Shown: positions 20,201 to 29,099, numbered from the stretch's first letter. The stretch is DNA of 64,000 nt from Nostoc sp. (GCA_036918135.1 JBALDB010000003.1:1-64000); one strand, 5' to 3'. Notes: a model not told the origin generated them from the sequence alone. Made by a program: numbers and translations.

Positions 20201-20861
20201 CAGTACAGGACAATGCATTAACACCTTGAATAGGCAAAGTCATCGGGTCTGGTCTATCGCCTTCAGTCCAGACGGTGATATGCTAGCAAGTGGTTGTCAT
20301 GACCAAACAGTGAAGTTGTGGGATGTTAATACTGGTCAATGCGTTCAATCGCTCCAAGGGCATAGTGATTGGCTGTGGTCAGTCAGCTTTAGTGCTGATG
20401 GGCAGTTTCTAGCCAGTGGCAGTAGCGATCGAACAGTGAAGTTATGGGATGCGAAAACAGGTAAACACCTCACAACTTTACAAGGTCATAACAGTTCTGT
20501 TTACTCAGTTAGCTTTAGTAGGGATGGACGCCTGCTAGCAAGTGGGAGTGGCGACCAAATGGTGAAGTTATGGGATGTCAGTACTGGACGATGCCTCAAA
20601 ACTTTGTCAGGACATACCAAGTGGGTTTGGTCACTTGCCTTCAGTCCCGACGCTCAAACCCTGGCTAGTAGTAGCCAAGATGATACGATTAGAATATGGG
20701 ATGTGAAGACTGGGGAGTGCCTAAAAATTTTGAGGCATGATAGACCCTATCAAGGCATGAACGCCATTGGCATTACAGGTATAACGGAAGCTCAGAAAGC
20801 CTCTCTGAAAGCTTTAGGAGCAGTTATTCATGGAGAAGATAATCCGACAGTTCTAAGCTGA
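17286..20861 (+). CDS. STAND protein: Xre-like HTH + NB-ARC NTPase + pentapeptide segment + about 14 WD40 repeats
   Basis: YTLEEMSARSGLYSATISKVL HTH; GIGGIGKT; LLILDNIE; ITSRE; GNPLAL; repeated GH...ASGSxDxTVKLWD. Confidence 0.92.
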   Translation: MTLQNWRRKRGVALTTKGLQKIKEAKYQSEAKENFGNRYTLEEMSARSGLYSATISKVLNREGGVDKQTIEKLFSAFSLKIDKSDYSSSKNRLDWGEAIFTSVFYGRTEELRTLEQWILDEQCRLVTVLGIGGIGKTALSVKFAQQIQENFEYVIWRSLREAPPVKIILSNLIQFLSDEQETESNLPQSFSNRVSRLLDYLQNNRCLLILDNIESILRSGSRAGVYREGYEEYGELLRRVGEATHQSCLLITSREKPKEVALLEGEALTVRSLSLTGLKVMEGQEILKLKGLSATENELKLMIERYVGNPLALKIVATTIQDIFDRNVSEFLQQDTVVFGDIRDVLEQQFERLSDLEKDIMYWLAINREPITLKELRDDIISPVPQAKLLEAVESLGRRSLIEKATPTLIEKTASLFTLQPVVMEYVTTSLIEQVSQEIVTENIDLFRRHALMKATGKDYVKDTEIRLIIKPVIDGLLNVLRSKRNIENQLIQILTKLRQTSPLEPGYTAGNILNLLCHLETDLSGYDFSYLTVWQADMRSINLYNTNFVSANLAKCVFTETLGGIFSVAFNPNGKLLATGDTNNEIRLYQVVDGQQMLTCRGHTGWIRSVMFSPDGGIIASGSDDQTVRLWNVSTGQCVANLQGHSSGIQSIAFSTNGHILASSSEDKTVKFWDVDTGLCFKTLSVDDYSVWSIAFSPDGHTVVTGNDNHTLNLWDINSGQCINILEGHSNRVHSVTFSPDSRILASASHDRTVKLWDVDTGQSYLTLQGHTDSVHSVTFSSDGCIIASGSDDQTVRVWDVATGKCIRILRGHSSRIWTVALSSDKDSYILASGSDDQKVMLWDVSTGSCIRIFQGYCDGVWSVAFSPDGHTLASSGSNKIVRLWDASIGKCLQTLQGHNNRVTSVSLSPDGRILASGSEDQTVKLWDTNTGQCLTTLNGHSNRILAVSFSPNGLILASSSDDRTIKLWDTSTGQCINTLNRQSHRVWSIAFSPDGDMLASGCHDQTVKLWDVNTGQCVQSLQGHSDWLWSVSFSADGQFLASGSSDRTVKLWDAKTGKHLTTLQGHNSSVYSVSFSRDGRLLASGSGDQMVKLWDVSTGRCLKTLSGHTKWVWSLAFSPDAQTLASSSQDDTIRIWDVKTGECLKILRHDRPYQGMNAIGITGITEAQKASLKALGAVIHGEDNPTVLS

Positions 20862-20907
20862 AAAAACTTGGACGATCGTAGAAAAAACTAAATCATTTTT
20901 TTAAGAT

Positions 20908-21090
20908 TTAGCTTTTTGATACACGCAAGAACTTGTCTCCACTCTTTTGAAACTAATAAGATGCTTGTCTAATTTCTACTTCATATCCCTGCTCGATCAG
21001 TTTGATATCTTTAAAAGTTAGACCAAACATTCTAGTCTATTCCTCAGTAGAACGTCCCCATATAAAAATGTTCTCAAACTTGATTTCCAT
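20908..21090 (-). pseudogene. Internally deleted SAM-dependent methyltransferase-like remnant
   Basis: 61 in-frame codons: MEIKFENIFIWGRSTEE*TRMFGLTFKDIK|LIEQGYEVEIRQASY*FQKSGDKFLRVSKS*; the ends resemble the WGRSxxEYxxMFxL N-terminus and YEFQKGGN C-terminus of a bacterial class I methyltransferase family. Confidence 0.6.
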
Positions 21091-21123
21091 AATTTTGATT
21101 TCAGGATTTACATTACCAATTCA

Positions 21124-22179
21124 TTACTCTGGACTTTGCCTATCGAGAACTTTAAAAACAGGTACAAGCACAATTGTTGTCCTAGCTTTACGCTTATCTT
21201 TGTATCTCTGGGCCGCGCACCCAACTGCACTTAAAACACTAAGCGCTAACATCCCTAATGCAGCGTCAGGTTCGGATACAGGTACTGGCTTGATGACTGA
21301 AAAAGCTAATTCTCCAATTAGCTTATGAGCAGCGGTTGTAGGATGGATTTGATCCCAGAATAAAAACTTATCTGGAATACAAGCAACTGGCTGCTTGGGA
21401 ATATTAATGGGCACTACCGATAAGTTTCCAATACAAGATTCAGTTACATTTGTAAAACCGAATTCTCCTGGAGCAGCGATAATTCTATTAAATAGAGAAT
21501 TAACATCAAGAGGAATGATATTGATATCAGGGCTGAGTTGCTGGCTTAAAAAGTTGAGATTTGCAGTCAAACTGGAGTTATATGCACTGGTAAAACGGCT
21601 TAATAACTCGGAATCTTGATTATTCCCGCCTGTAACCGGAAACTTTCCTAAATCTGGTAAGTTAACTACCAAAAAGTTTTTAGCACCAACAGCAGCAAGT
21701 GATGTCATTGCCACTGATAAATTGTTGACTGTTTGGGTAGTATTGGGAATCTCACCAAAAAAGTAATCTAAATAATCATTCACACCAACCCAGATAATAT
21801 AGAGGCCCTTCGGATTTGCAGAAGGATTTGCTGATGTAAAGCTATTAATCTGTTGCTGCAATCCTGGTAAACTAGGAATGCCGATATTCTTAGATCCTGT
21901 GGTTGCACCACCATAGGCAAAGTTGGTGTTTGGATTAAACTTTAATCCTAAATCGGAGGCAAGATATTCCACCCATATTGGACCGTTGGAAAAACGTCCA
22001 TTAAAGTAAGTTGGACTTGGAGGAATGATTTTGCCTGTGGTATTGAATACATTGCCTGTGTCAGACAGGCTATCACCAAAGACATAAATCTCATCATTAT
22101 TCTGTGCTGAAACTTTGAGCGGAAAGATAAGAGATAAAAGAAAAATTCCGGTCGTAAGAATTTGTTTCTTCACAGCCAA
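21124..22179 (-). CDS. Secreted SGNH/GDSL esterase with a PEP-CTERM-like sorting signal
   Basis: Signal peptide; FGDSLSD, GRFSNG, GVNDY, DQIHP; C-terminal VPVSEP + hydrophobic helix + basic tail. Confidence 0.88.
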   Translation of the reverse strand: MAVKKQILTTGIFLLSLIFPLKVSAQNNDEIYVFGDSLSDTGNVFNTTGKIIPPSPTYFNGRFSNGPIWVEYLASDLGLKFNPNTNFAYGGATTGSKNIGIPSLPGLQQQINSFTSANPSANPKGLYIIWVGVNDYLDYFFGEIPNTTQTVNNLSVAMTSLAAVGAKNFLVVNLPDLGKFPVTGGNNQDSELLSRFTSAYNSSLTANLNFLSQQLSPDINIIPLDVNSLFNRIIAAPGEFGFTNVTESCIGNLSVVPINIPKQPVACIPDKFLFWDQIHPTTAAHKLIGELAFSVIKPVPVSEPDAALGMLALSVLSAVGCAAQRYKDKRKARTTIVLVPVFKVLDRQSPE

Positions 22180-22403
22180 CTACTCAAATAAACTTTAAAT
22201 TCTAGTAAACATCCTTAACAAGAAGGTGCTTTGCTTCTATCTTTAGAACTTTTTACAAAGAAGGCAGGAGGCTTTAGCGCGGAGGCAGAAGGAAATAAGT
22301 ATTAATAATAAACTGTCTTTTATGGGTTATTAGCGCAGTTTAAGGAATTGTATCGAGCGGAAAGTGCCACGAGATACAAAGCGTCGTTGCTTCAATCCAT
22401 ATT

Positions 22404-23561
22404 TTAAAACATGGGTTCCTCCTGCCTCCTGCCTCCTATCTCCTGCCTTTTGAATCCCAAGTCAGATTCTATCTGATATATGGGAGCAGAACCTAACGCC
22501 ACTTTGCCCCAACGCATCACACTCGCAGAGGCAGCACCAGCAGCACCAAATCCATAAATAAGAACCAAGTCATTTTCGCTAATTTTACCCAATTGTGCAG
22601 CGTGGTACATATTAACTACGGTAAGTACTGGGCCAATGTTTGCGTATTGTGGATAGAGGTCAATTGTGCGCTCTGGATCGATACCAAGTACGCGCGTACA
22701 GAAACGTGCGAACCAAGCTGTAGGTGTATTGAAAATAAAAAAGTCTATTTGTTCGAGCGTCACACCTGCGGCATTAATAGCACCTTCACAACAAGTGCAA
22801 AGAAACCCTACAGCCGTTTCGCGAGTTAACCTGTTTGCATCTTTGCTGACCTGCATACGAACTTGCAAGTTGCCCTGTATGTCCTTTGCGATCGCAGGGT
22901 AAACTAAATCGCACAGCGCACCAGCATGAATAGTTTTAATACCAAGAATACCCTGAGATAATTCCAGTTTATTTACCAGAAAAGCCCCAGCACCATCGCT
23001 TAGAAACCATGAGGCAGTATCATCTTCAGGGACAAAGTGAGAGTAAGAGCATGAAATTACTACTAGTACGTTGTGATACTGCTGTGCCGAAACCAAAGCA
23101 TAAGCAGTCTCCAACGCAATTAAAGTGCTACCACAACTAGCATCTATATTCCAAGCAGCACCATGCAAACCTAGTTCACGCGCAAGAAAGGCAGCATCAC
23201 CAAATCCGATTTGTTTAGGCCAGACCGAGGCAACAAGCATCAGATCGACATCTTCCAGAGAAAGCTTTGCAGCCGCAAGGGTATCTTTTACTGCCCGACA
23301 CTGTAGTATCAGTGGTGACTCATTTGGACTAAGCACCCACCGTTGGATGGTCCCCCGAAAAGGATCTGATAGATAAGGCATCATCTCTAAGTCAAATTCA
23401 TTTGTAGGGGTGGAGCTGTCAAGAGAAAACCACCTTCCTAAACTTTTTTGCTCTGCTTGAGCAACCAATTCGGGATATTTTTCTCTGTAATAATCATTGG
23501 TACGTCTAATGCTGGGTAAACTCACAGCGAGTGAGCGAATACCTACTGCGTATTGTGCCAT
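22404..23561 (-). CDS. 3-oxoacyl-ACP synthase III-like (KAS III/FabH fold) condensing enzyme, CybF-like
   Basis: NIDASCGS catalytic Cys, SDGAGA, FNTPT, YANIGP, GFGAAG. Confidence 0.82.
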   Translation of the reverse strand: MAQYAVGIRSLAVSLPSIRRTNDYYREKYPELVAQAEQKSLGRWFSLDSSTPTNEFDLEMMPYLSDPFRGTIQRWVLSPNESPLILQCRAVKDTLAAAKLSLEDVDLMLVASVWPKQIGFGDAAFLARELGLHGAAWNIDASCGSTLIALETAYALVSAQQYHNVLVVISCSYSHFVPEDDTASWFLSDGAGAFLVNKLELSQGILGIKTIHAGALCDLVYPAIAKDIQGNLQVRMQVSKDANRLTRETAVGFLCTCCEGAINAAGVTLEQIDFFIFNTPTAWFARFCTRVLGIDPERTIDLYPQYANIGPVLTVVNMYHAAQLGKISENDLVLIYGFGAAGAASASVMRWGKVALGSAPIYQIESDLGFKRQEIGGRRQEEPMF

Positions 23562-23587
23562 GAAAAGCTTCTTTTACTCTTAATAAG

Positions 23588-25348
23588 TTAGTAGCAATAA
23601 CTTGTAATGCTCTGGGCAATCAAATTTTGAATACGACTTTCAATTGGTGCATGTTCAGTAGGGTCAACGATCGCATCAATCACGAACGGACCGAGCGCTG
23701 CCATTGCTTTCTCCAAAGCCGCCTGGATTTCAAGCTCTCTTTCCACACGAATCCCATCGGCTCCCATCCCACAAGCAATTTTAACAAAGTCGGTCTGCGG
23801 AATCTCTGCATCCATACCCTGGAAGCCCAACATTGCCATCCCCCGATCGCACATGTTGTAGTGTCCATCATTAAGTACTATCCAGACAACTGGAATTTGG
23901 TACTTCACAGCTGTGCTGATCTCGTTATTCATCAGCATGGCACCGTCACCAACGATGGCGACAGCCTTACCACGACGAGCTAGTGCCGCACCGACAACAC
24001 CAGTCGTCATATGCCCCATAGACGCGAAACCACTACAGTTTCGGTAACGATGTGGCTTGACAAACCGCAACATATAGTTTCCCCAAGCAGACGAACTACT
24101 TGATTCGCTCATCACCAATACATCACTTCCCTCAACAATCTGTCTTTGAATAGCATCCATAAGCACTGGGGGACGCACTTTTCCATGTGCACGTGGATTG
24201 ATTATACTGTGTTCGGGTCTAGGCAGCATCGGCTTTGCCAACTGAGGATACTGCGAAAAGTGTTTCAATATAGACTTCACAAACACTCTGATGTCAGACG
24301 GAATAGCAAAGATATCAGCAGATGGATATGCAGTTCCCGGTATATCTGGGTTGATGTCAACATGTAAAAAGCCCCGCAAGGGTATCATCACGGGGAGCAA
24401 GAGTGATGTGCGTTCCCCTAAGCGTGTTCCCAGAACTAAGGTGCGTAAAGGACGGTATTCTTGCATGTAACTAAGAACCGACTCATGCCCACCGAAGCCA
24501 GTGACACCTACAAACTGAGGATGATCCTCAGGAAAAATACCTTTAGCTCGTGGTGAACACATTACGGCAGCCCCTGTCGTCTCAGCAAGCTGGCGAATCT
24601 CCTTTGCAGCACCCCGCGCCCCAAAGCCTACCCAAATGGCAAACGGTCCCTCAGACAGTAACTGAACACATTCAGTGATTGTTTCCTCAGTTACTGTTGC
24701 CACAGCACCAGACAAATTTACTAATGGTAACGAAGTCGTTAGTGAAGTTGTTTGGATATTTGTTGGAATACTTATATGGGTTACGAATCCTCCTGGTTGT
24801 CCTAGCCCAAGGCTGAGTCTTCGAGAAACCTCTGGAAGTTCATCACTGGATTCGAGAGTAGTCGCGTAATGGAATATTTGCCCAGAAGTAAAAATACCTG
24901 CACTAGGCATAATGTTTGTGCTAGTTTCTTGGCAAGCCCAACGTCCTCGTTGTCGTGCAGAGGTTGAAGCTGACACAAAAATTAGCTTAGCCCCCTCCCA
25001 ACGGGCAGCTAACAATCCTGTCAAAGCGTTGGTGATTCCTGGCCCTGTGGTAGTGAACACTACAACAGGTCGATCGCTAGCAAAGTACGCCTCAGTGGCC
25101 GCAAAAGCTGCTCCCGCTTCGTGGCGAAAGTGCAGCACCTGAATGGAACTTTGGTGTAGTGCAGCCCATACTGGGGCGATCGCACCTCCTGAAACACCAA
25201 AGGCATACTCTACTCCCATATTTTCCAGGATTTTGACTACTGCCTCTGCTACCGAAAAAGGTCTGGATGGTTTGCGTTGAGATTGCTGTTCAATTGAGTT
25301 TAATTTTTTACTTGTATTAACTTTTATATCCTCAAATTTAGCATCCAT
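23588..25348 (-). CDS. ThDP-dependent enzyme, ScyA/CybE-related acyloin synthase-like
   Basis: FGVSGG, FRHEAGAAF (catalytic Glu), TTGPGITN, GDGAMLMNNE...VLND ThDP-binding motif; 26 bp from the KAS III gene. Confidence 0.85.
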   Translation of the reverse strand: MDAKFEDIKVNTSKKLNSIEQQSQRKPSRPFSVAEAVVKILENMGVEYAFGVSGGAIAPVWAALHQSSIQVLHFRHEAGAAFAATEAYFASDRPVVVFTTTGPGITNALTGLLAARWEGAKLIFVSASTSARQRGRWACQETSTNIMPSAGIFTSGQIFHYATTLESSDELPEVSRRLSLGLGQPGGFVTHISIPTNIQTTSLTTSLPLVNLSGAVATVTEETITECVQLLSEGPFAIWVGFGARGAAKEIRQLAETTGAAVMCSPRAKGIFPEDHPQFVGVTGFGGHESVLSYMQEYRPLRTLVLGTRLGERTSLLLPVMIPLRGFLHVDINPDIPGTAYPSADIFAIPSDIRVFVKSILKHFSQYPQLAKPMLPRPEHSIINPRAHGKVRPPVLMDAIQRQIVEGSDVLVMSESSSSSAWGNYMLRFVKPHRYRNCSGFASMGHMTTGVVGAALARRGKAVAIVGDGAMLMNNEISTAVKYQIPVVWIVLNDGHYNMCDRGMAMLGFQGMDAEIPQTDFVKIACGMGADGIRVERELEIQAALEKAMAALGPFVIDAIVDPTEHAPIESRIQNLIAQSITSYCY

Positions 25349-25690
25349 ACAAACTATATTTAGGAAGAATTTCCTGTGTTATGTAGCATTATCCCACACA
25401 CTTACACTCAACTAAATATTTATTCTGAAAATTCGGTACAATTCAGTAATGAATAAGGTTTCAGTATACTTTATTTTTCTTTACATAGTTTAGTTTTGTT
25501 GTGCCCATTTGCTTAGTTGGCTTTACACAGGTTGCTATTTTATTGTCTACCTACTTAAACTCTGCTTTGATATAGAAGAAATGGTTACAAGACTATAAGA
25601 GTAGCAGATGTAGCCAACAGCAAATAGATTCACCCGTTTTTCGGTTCGTAAAAACTAAACGCAATTAATTTAGCTATAGAGTATAAAAAT

Positions 25691-26395
25691 ATGATTAACT
25701 TCAATCAGTACAAGGCTTTAACCTTCGATTGTTATGGAACCCTAATCGATTGGGAAAACGGCATCTTAGAGGCACTAAAGCCACTGCTACTAGCACACAA
25801 TAGTGATTTAAATGACAATCAAATTCTAGAACTTTTTGCCGAATTTGAAGCAGAACTCGAACAAGGAGAATACATTAAATATCGAGAAGTTTTGAGGAGA
25901 GTAGTCCAGAAATTCGGCGAGCGAATAGGCTTTGAGCCAACTGCTGAGGAACTCAATTTACTTGCTGATTCGATTGCGTATTGGTTACCTTTTCCGGACA
26001 CAGTTAAGGCACTGAGAAACCTCAAGCAAAATTTTAGACTAGCGATTCTATCAAATGTAGATGACGATCTCTTTGCTTTCTCGGCAAAGCGCTTAGAGGT
26101 GAAATTCGAGCAAATAATCACAGCAGAACAGGTTAAAAGCTACAAACCTTCCTTAAACAACTTTAGACTTGCTATTGAGAGAATTAATTTACCGATAGAA
26201 GAGATATTACACGTAGCCGCCAGTGTTTATCACGATATAGTGGCAGCGAAATCTCTAGGAGTATCAACAGTTTGGGTGAACCGTCGAGCAGGTCAACAAG
26301 GAGTTGGTGCTACTGTATCAGCAGTCAGTCAACCTGATTTAGAAGTGCCTGATTTGAAGACCCTCGCTGCTTTGATTTCAGCAAAACAGTCTTGA
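25691..26395 (+). CDS. Haloacid dehalogenase type II (HAD superfamily)
   Basis: LTFDCYGTLIDWE, LSNVD, SYKPS, HVAASVYHD. Confidence 0.9.
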   Translation: MINFNQYKALTFDCYGTLIDWENGILEALKPLLLAHNSDLNDNQILELFAEFEAELEQGEYIKYREVLRRVVQKFGERIGFEPTAEELNLLADSIAYWLPFPDTVKALRNLKQNFRLAILSNVDDDLFAFSAKRLEVKFEQIITAEQVKSYKPSLNNFRLAIERINLPIEEILHVAASVYHDIVAAKSLGVSTVWVNRRAGQQGVGATVSAVSQPDLEVPDLKTLAALISAKQS

Positions 26396-26487
26396 GGAAT
26401 TCCAACAAATAAATTATCCGCTTTGAAGTTGCTGAGTGTTGACCATTGACTCTCAACACTGAGACATTTTTTAGAAACGAAGTCTCT
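26395..26487. mobile_element. MITE family A copy (degenerate)
   Basis: AGGAATTCCAACAAATAAATTATCC...GAAGTCTCT, similar to 62564-62657. Confidence 0.6.
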
Positions 26488-26723
26488 TTAGTCGGAGAGC
26501 GATTTGAATGAGAAGATGTTGTTAAAAAACTAAACAGAGATTGCAACATAGATTGATTCTGGCTTACTCTGGAAAAACTACTATGGCAGTTAGACTACCC
26601 CCATAGCGATCGCTCACCACAACGCAGTTGTTTCAAGGTTTTGGTAGAGTTCATAAATTGGCTCCCCAAGATTGACTCACTGCCGATAAACTTGTTTAAG
26701 AAAACACTTGATAGCCTAAAACG

Positions 26724-27593
26724 ATGAAAGCATCTGCTAATTTCGACTTTGAAGACGAGAAATTTAATGCACCGCCTTCTCAAGTCATCCCTTGGTGTCA
26801 GATGATTAATCCTCGGTATGGCACAGATGGTATACAATCTTACGGTTTGGCAATTAAGCTGGATAATGCCAATGCTGTCGGTTTTGTGCCAGATAATAAT
26901 TGGCAGCAGGTAGAGCATGAATTTAGCTCTGGAGTCGAAACGGTCTTTATTAGTACTACTCCCCACTTAGTTTTAGTGCGTCGCGGGCCATTGTCTGTCA
27001 AAGACCGGGAAACTGGTCTAAAACTGGGTACCCTCAAAGATAATTATGATGCTTTTTTAGCAGACAAACTTAAATTTAAAACCTTTACTCGCTATCTAAT
27101 ATTTATAGTGGGAGAGAATAAAAAGTTTTTACATGAATCACCACTACAATTAACACTTAATGGTGCTGCTGGAGCTAGTTTCAGCAAAACTTACAGCGAA
27201 TTTCAACAAGGGAAAGTAGTTAGTGGATTCGTTGCTGAACTAGAAAAGGCTTATGCTATTTATCGCAAGCAACCCCTGAGTGCAAAAGGCCCTTTGTTCC
27301 ACGCTCACGGGATTTTTTGCCCGATAATTGAGTGTGAAGAAAGAGGCATTGAACCAAATACAGTTCTGGTAGCTTCAACTGTAGACTACAAACATCCCAC
27401 GGTAGGAACTTTAACACAATATTTAATTCCTTCCGATTGTGCTGAATCTGCAATTATCTGCAAGGCTTTTGAAGAATACAAAGAATTTGGCAAGGAACCT
27501 GTAAAATCAGAAACACCAAAAATGGCAATGGCTGGAGTTTCTAGTTCTTACGTCTATGCTGATGAAGATGATTTTGCTTATCCGCCGTATTAG
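26724..27593 (+). CDS. DUF5895-like cyanobacterial protein
   Basis: DFEDEKFNAPPSQVIPWCQMIN, LHESPLQLTLNGAAGASF; acidic C-terminal tail. Confidence 0.65.
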   Translation: MKASANFDFEDEKFNAPPSQVIPWCQMINPRYGTDGIQSYGLAIKLDNANAVGFVPDNNWQQVEHEFSSGVETVFISTTPHLVLVRRGPLSVKDRETGLKLGTLKDNYDAFLADKLKFKTFTRYLIFIVGENKKFLHESPLQLTLNGAAGASFSKTYSEFQQGKVVSGFVAELEKAYAIYRKQPLSAKGPLFHAHGIFCPIIECEERGIEPNTVLVASTVDYKHPTVGTLTQYLIPSDCAESAIICKAFEEYKEFGKEPVKSETPKMAMAGVSSSYVYADEDDFAYPPY

Positions 27594-27816
27594 GTGAGGA
27601 GTGGGGAAATGAGGGGGATGAGGGAGTGTGGGAGGATGGGGGAGTGTGGGGAGTGGGGAGAGAGGGGGGAAAAGATGACCAGATGGGGGAGTGTGGGGAG
27701 AGAGGGGGGCAAGATTTCTTCCCCATCCTCCCACACCTCCAAAACCTCCCACACCTGCATTTGTTCCCCATCCTCCCACACCTCCAAAACCTCCCACACT
27801 CCCTGTTTGCCTTATG
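27592..27816. repeat. Second purine/pyrimidine inverted composite repeat
   Basis: Shares GGGAGTGTGGGAGGATGGGG, CCCCATCCTCCCACACCTCC and CACTCCCTGTTTGCC blocks with 11970-12205. Confidence 0.85.
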
Positions 27817-27824
27817 CCCAATAT

Positions 27825-29099
27825 CTATTCTTTGAGCAATAAATAGTATAGTGAACCATTACCGCCTGTGATGCCAGCGCGATCGCCTGCTAATTTCCCA
27901 GATCCCATGAAATAATCTACTCGTCCCGGGCCTTTGATGGCGCTTCCTGTATCCTGGTCAAGGACAAAGCGGCTGACAGTACGCTTTTGGAGTTTGCCAC
28001 CACTGGTGGGATAGGGAAATGAGTTATAAATCAGGGCTAGCGCTCCCGGAGGCATGAGAGACTTATCTGTGGCAATGGAACGTTCTGCTGTTACTGGTAC
28101 ACGAATACAGCCTGTAGCTCCAGCACCGCCAGTTTCTTGGAAGAAAATAAATCGTTGCCAGCGTGGCAAATAATTATTCAACTCTTGCGGTTTTTGCCGG
28201 AAATAAGCGATCATACGTGGCATTGTCAATCCTTGCAAAGGCAGCTTGCCATCTTTGGCTAGTTCTTTGCCGATACTAGTCCAAGGGTAATCAGTTCCAC
28301 CTGCATAGCCAACAGACGTTGTTTCGCCATTAGTTAATTTAATTTGGGCAGAACCTTGGATGTGTACCATGTATGCGTCGAGGCGATCGCGAAACCAAAG
28401 CAGTTCTAAACCGTGCAACCGACTTTTACTTCCTAGTAAACCATCCTTCCCTTCCAAAGCAATTCGTTTTGGATGGGGTTTCGCCCATTGGCTGAAATTA
28501 GGTGGTAGCCGATAAAGGGGATATTTATATATTGCAGTCCTGACACGGCTGGCGGTGTAAACAGGTTCATAATAAGCTGTGAATTTAACAGTACCTTTAC
28601 CATCGTTGCCCACAGACTGGTAAAAAACAAACTCCCGTTGGACAGCTGCTTGTAATTCGCTTGGTGAGTTAGAACTGACAACCAGTTGGCGAAAACGTAA
28701 TAAACTTTGACGAACGCGATCGAGCGTGATTTCCTTGACAGGATAATTTTGATAGGCTGCGATCGCATTATCCTTTGCTAAGTAACGCAAACTATTGTCA
28801 ATAGAAGCCAATAGAGCTTGGCGATCGCCTGTTTTACTGCTTTGACCCCAAATTTGGTCATCCCAACCCAAGCAACTCTGCGGCAGCGTACAATCGGTTC
28901 CAATCGCGATTGGTTTTAGCGGTGGCGTTACCTTAGGAGTAATTGGTACAGGAATTGGTACTGGTAGAGACGGGAGCTCTGGAGTAATCGGTATTGGCAA
29001 GGGTACTAAATTAGGAACCTGAGCAACAACCGACAAAAGAGGATTTACAAAGGCAATTCCCAGACTTAGGGAAAGCAAAGCAAGGGTTTTTCTCATCAT
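27825..29099 (-). CDS. mltA: Murein transglycosylase A (MltA/3D domain)
   Basis: FTAYYEP, HIQGSAQI, SIATDKS, LDQDTGSAIKGPGRVDYF. Confidence 0.9.
   Translation of the reverse strand: MMRKTLALLSLSLGIAFVNPLLSVVAQVPNLVPLPIPITPELPSLPVPIPVPITPKVTPPLKPIAIGTDCTLPQSCLGWDDQIWGQSSKTGDRQALLASIDNSLRYLAKDNAIAAYQNYPVKEITLDRVRQSLLRFRQLVVSSNSPSELQAAVQREFVFYQSVGNDGKGTVKFTAYYEPVYTASRVRTAIYKYPLYRLPPNFSQWAKPHPKRIALEGKDGLLGSKSRLHGLELLWFRDRLDAYMVHIQGSAQIKLTNGETTSVGYAGGTDYPWTSIGKELAKDGKLPLQGLTMPRMIAYFRQKPQELNNYLPRWQRFIFFQETGGAGATGCIRVPVTAERSIATDKSLMPPGALALIYNSFPYPTSGGKLQKRTVSRFVLDQDTGSAIKGPGRVDYFMGSGKLAGDRAGITGGNGSLYYLLLKE

Noticed and set aside
19000..20720. ~126-bp periodic DNA repeats
   Set aside because: Explained by WD40 coding repeats
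22404..25348. Scytonemin or complete cyanobacterin cluster
   Set aside because: No scyB/C/D/E/F, trp/aro genes, ammonia lyase, acyl-CoA ligase or halogenase nearby
27507..27842. Overlapping low-complexity ORFs
   Set aside because: Same repeat artefact as at 12 kb
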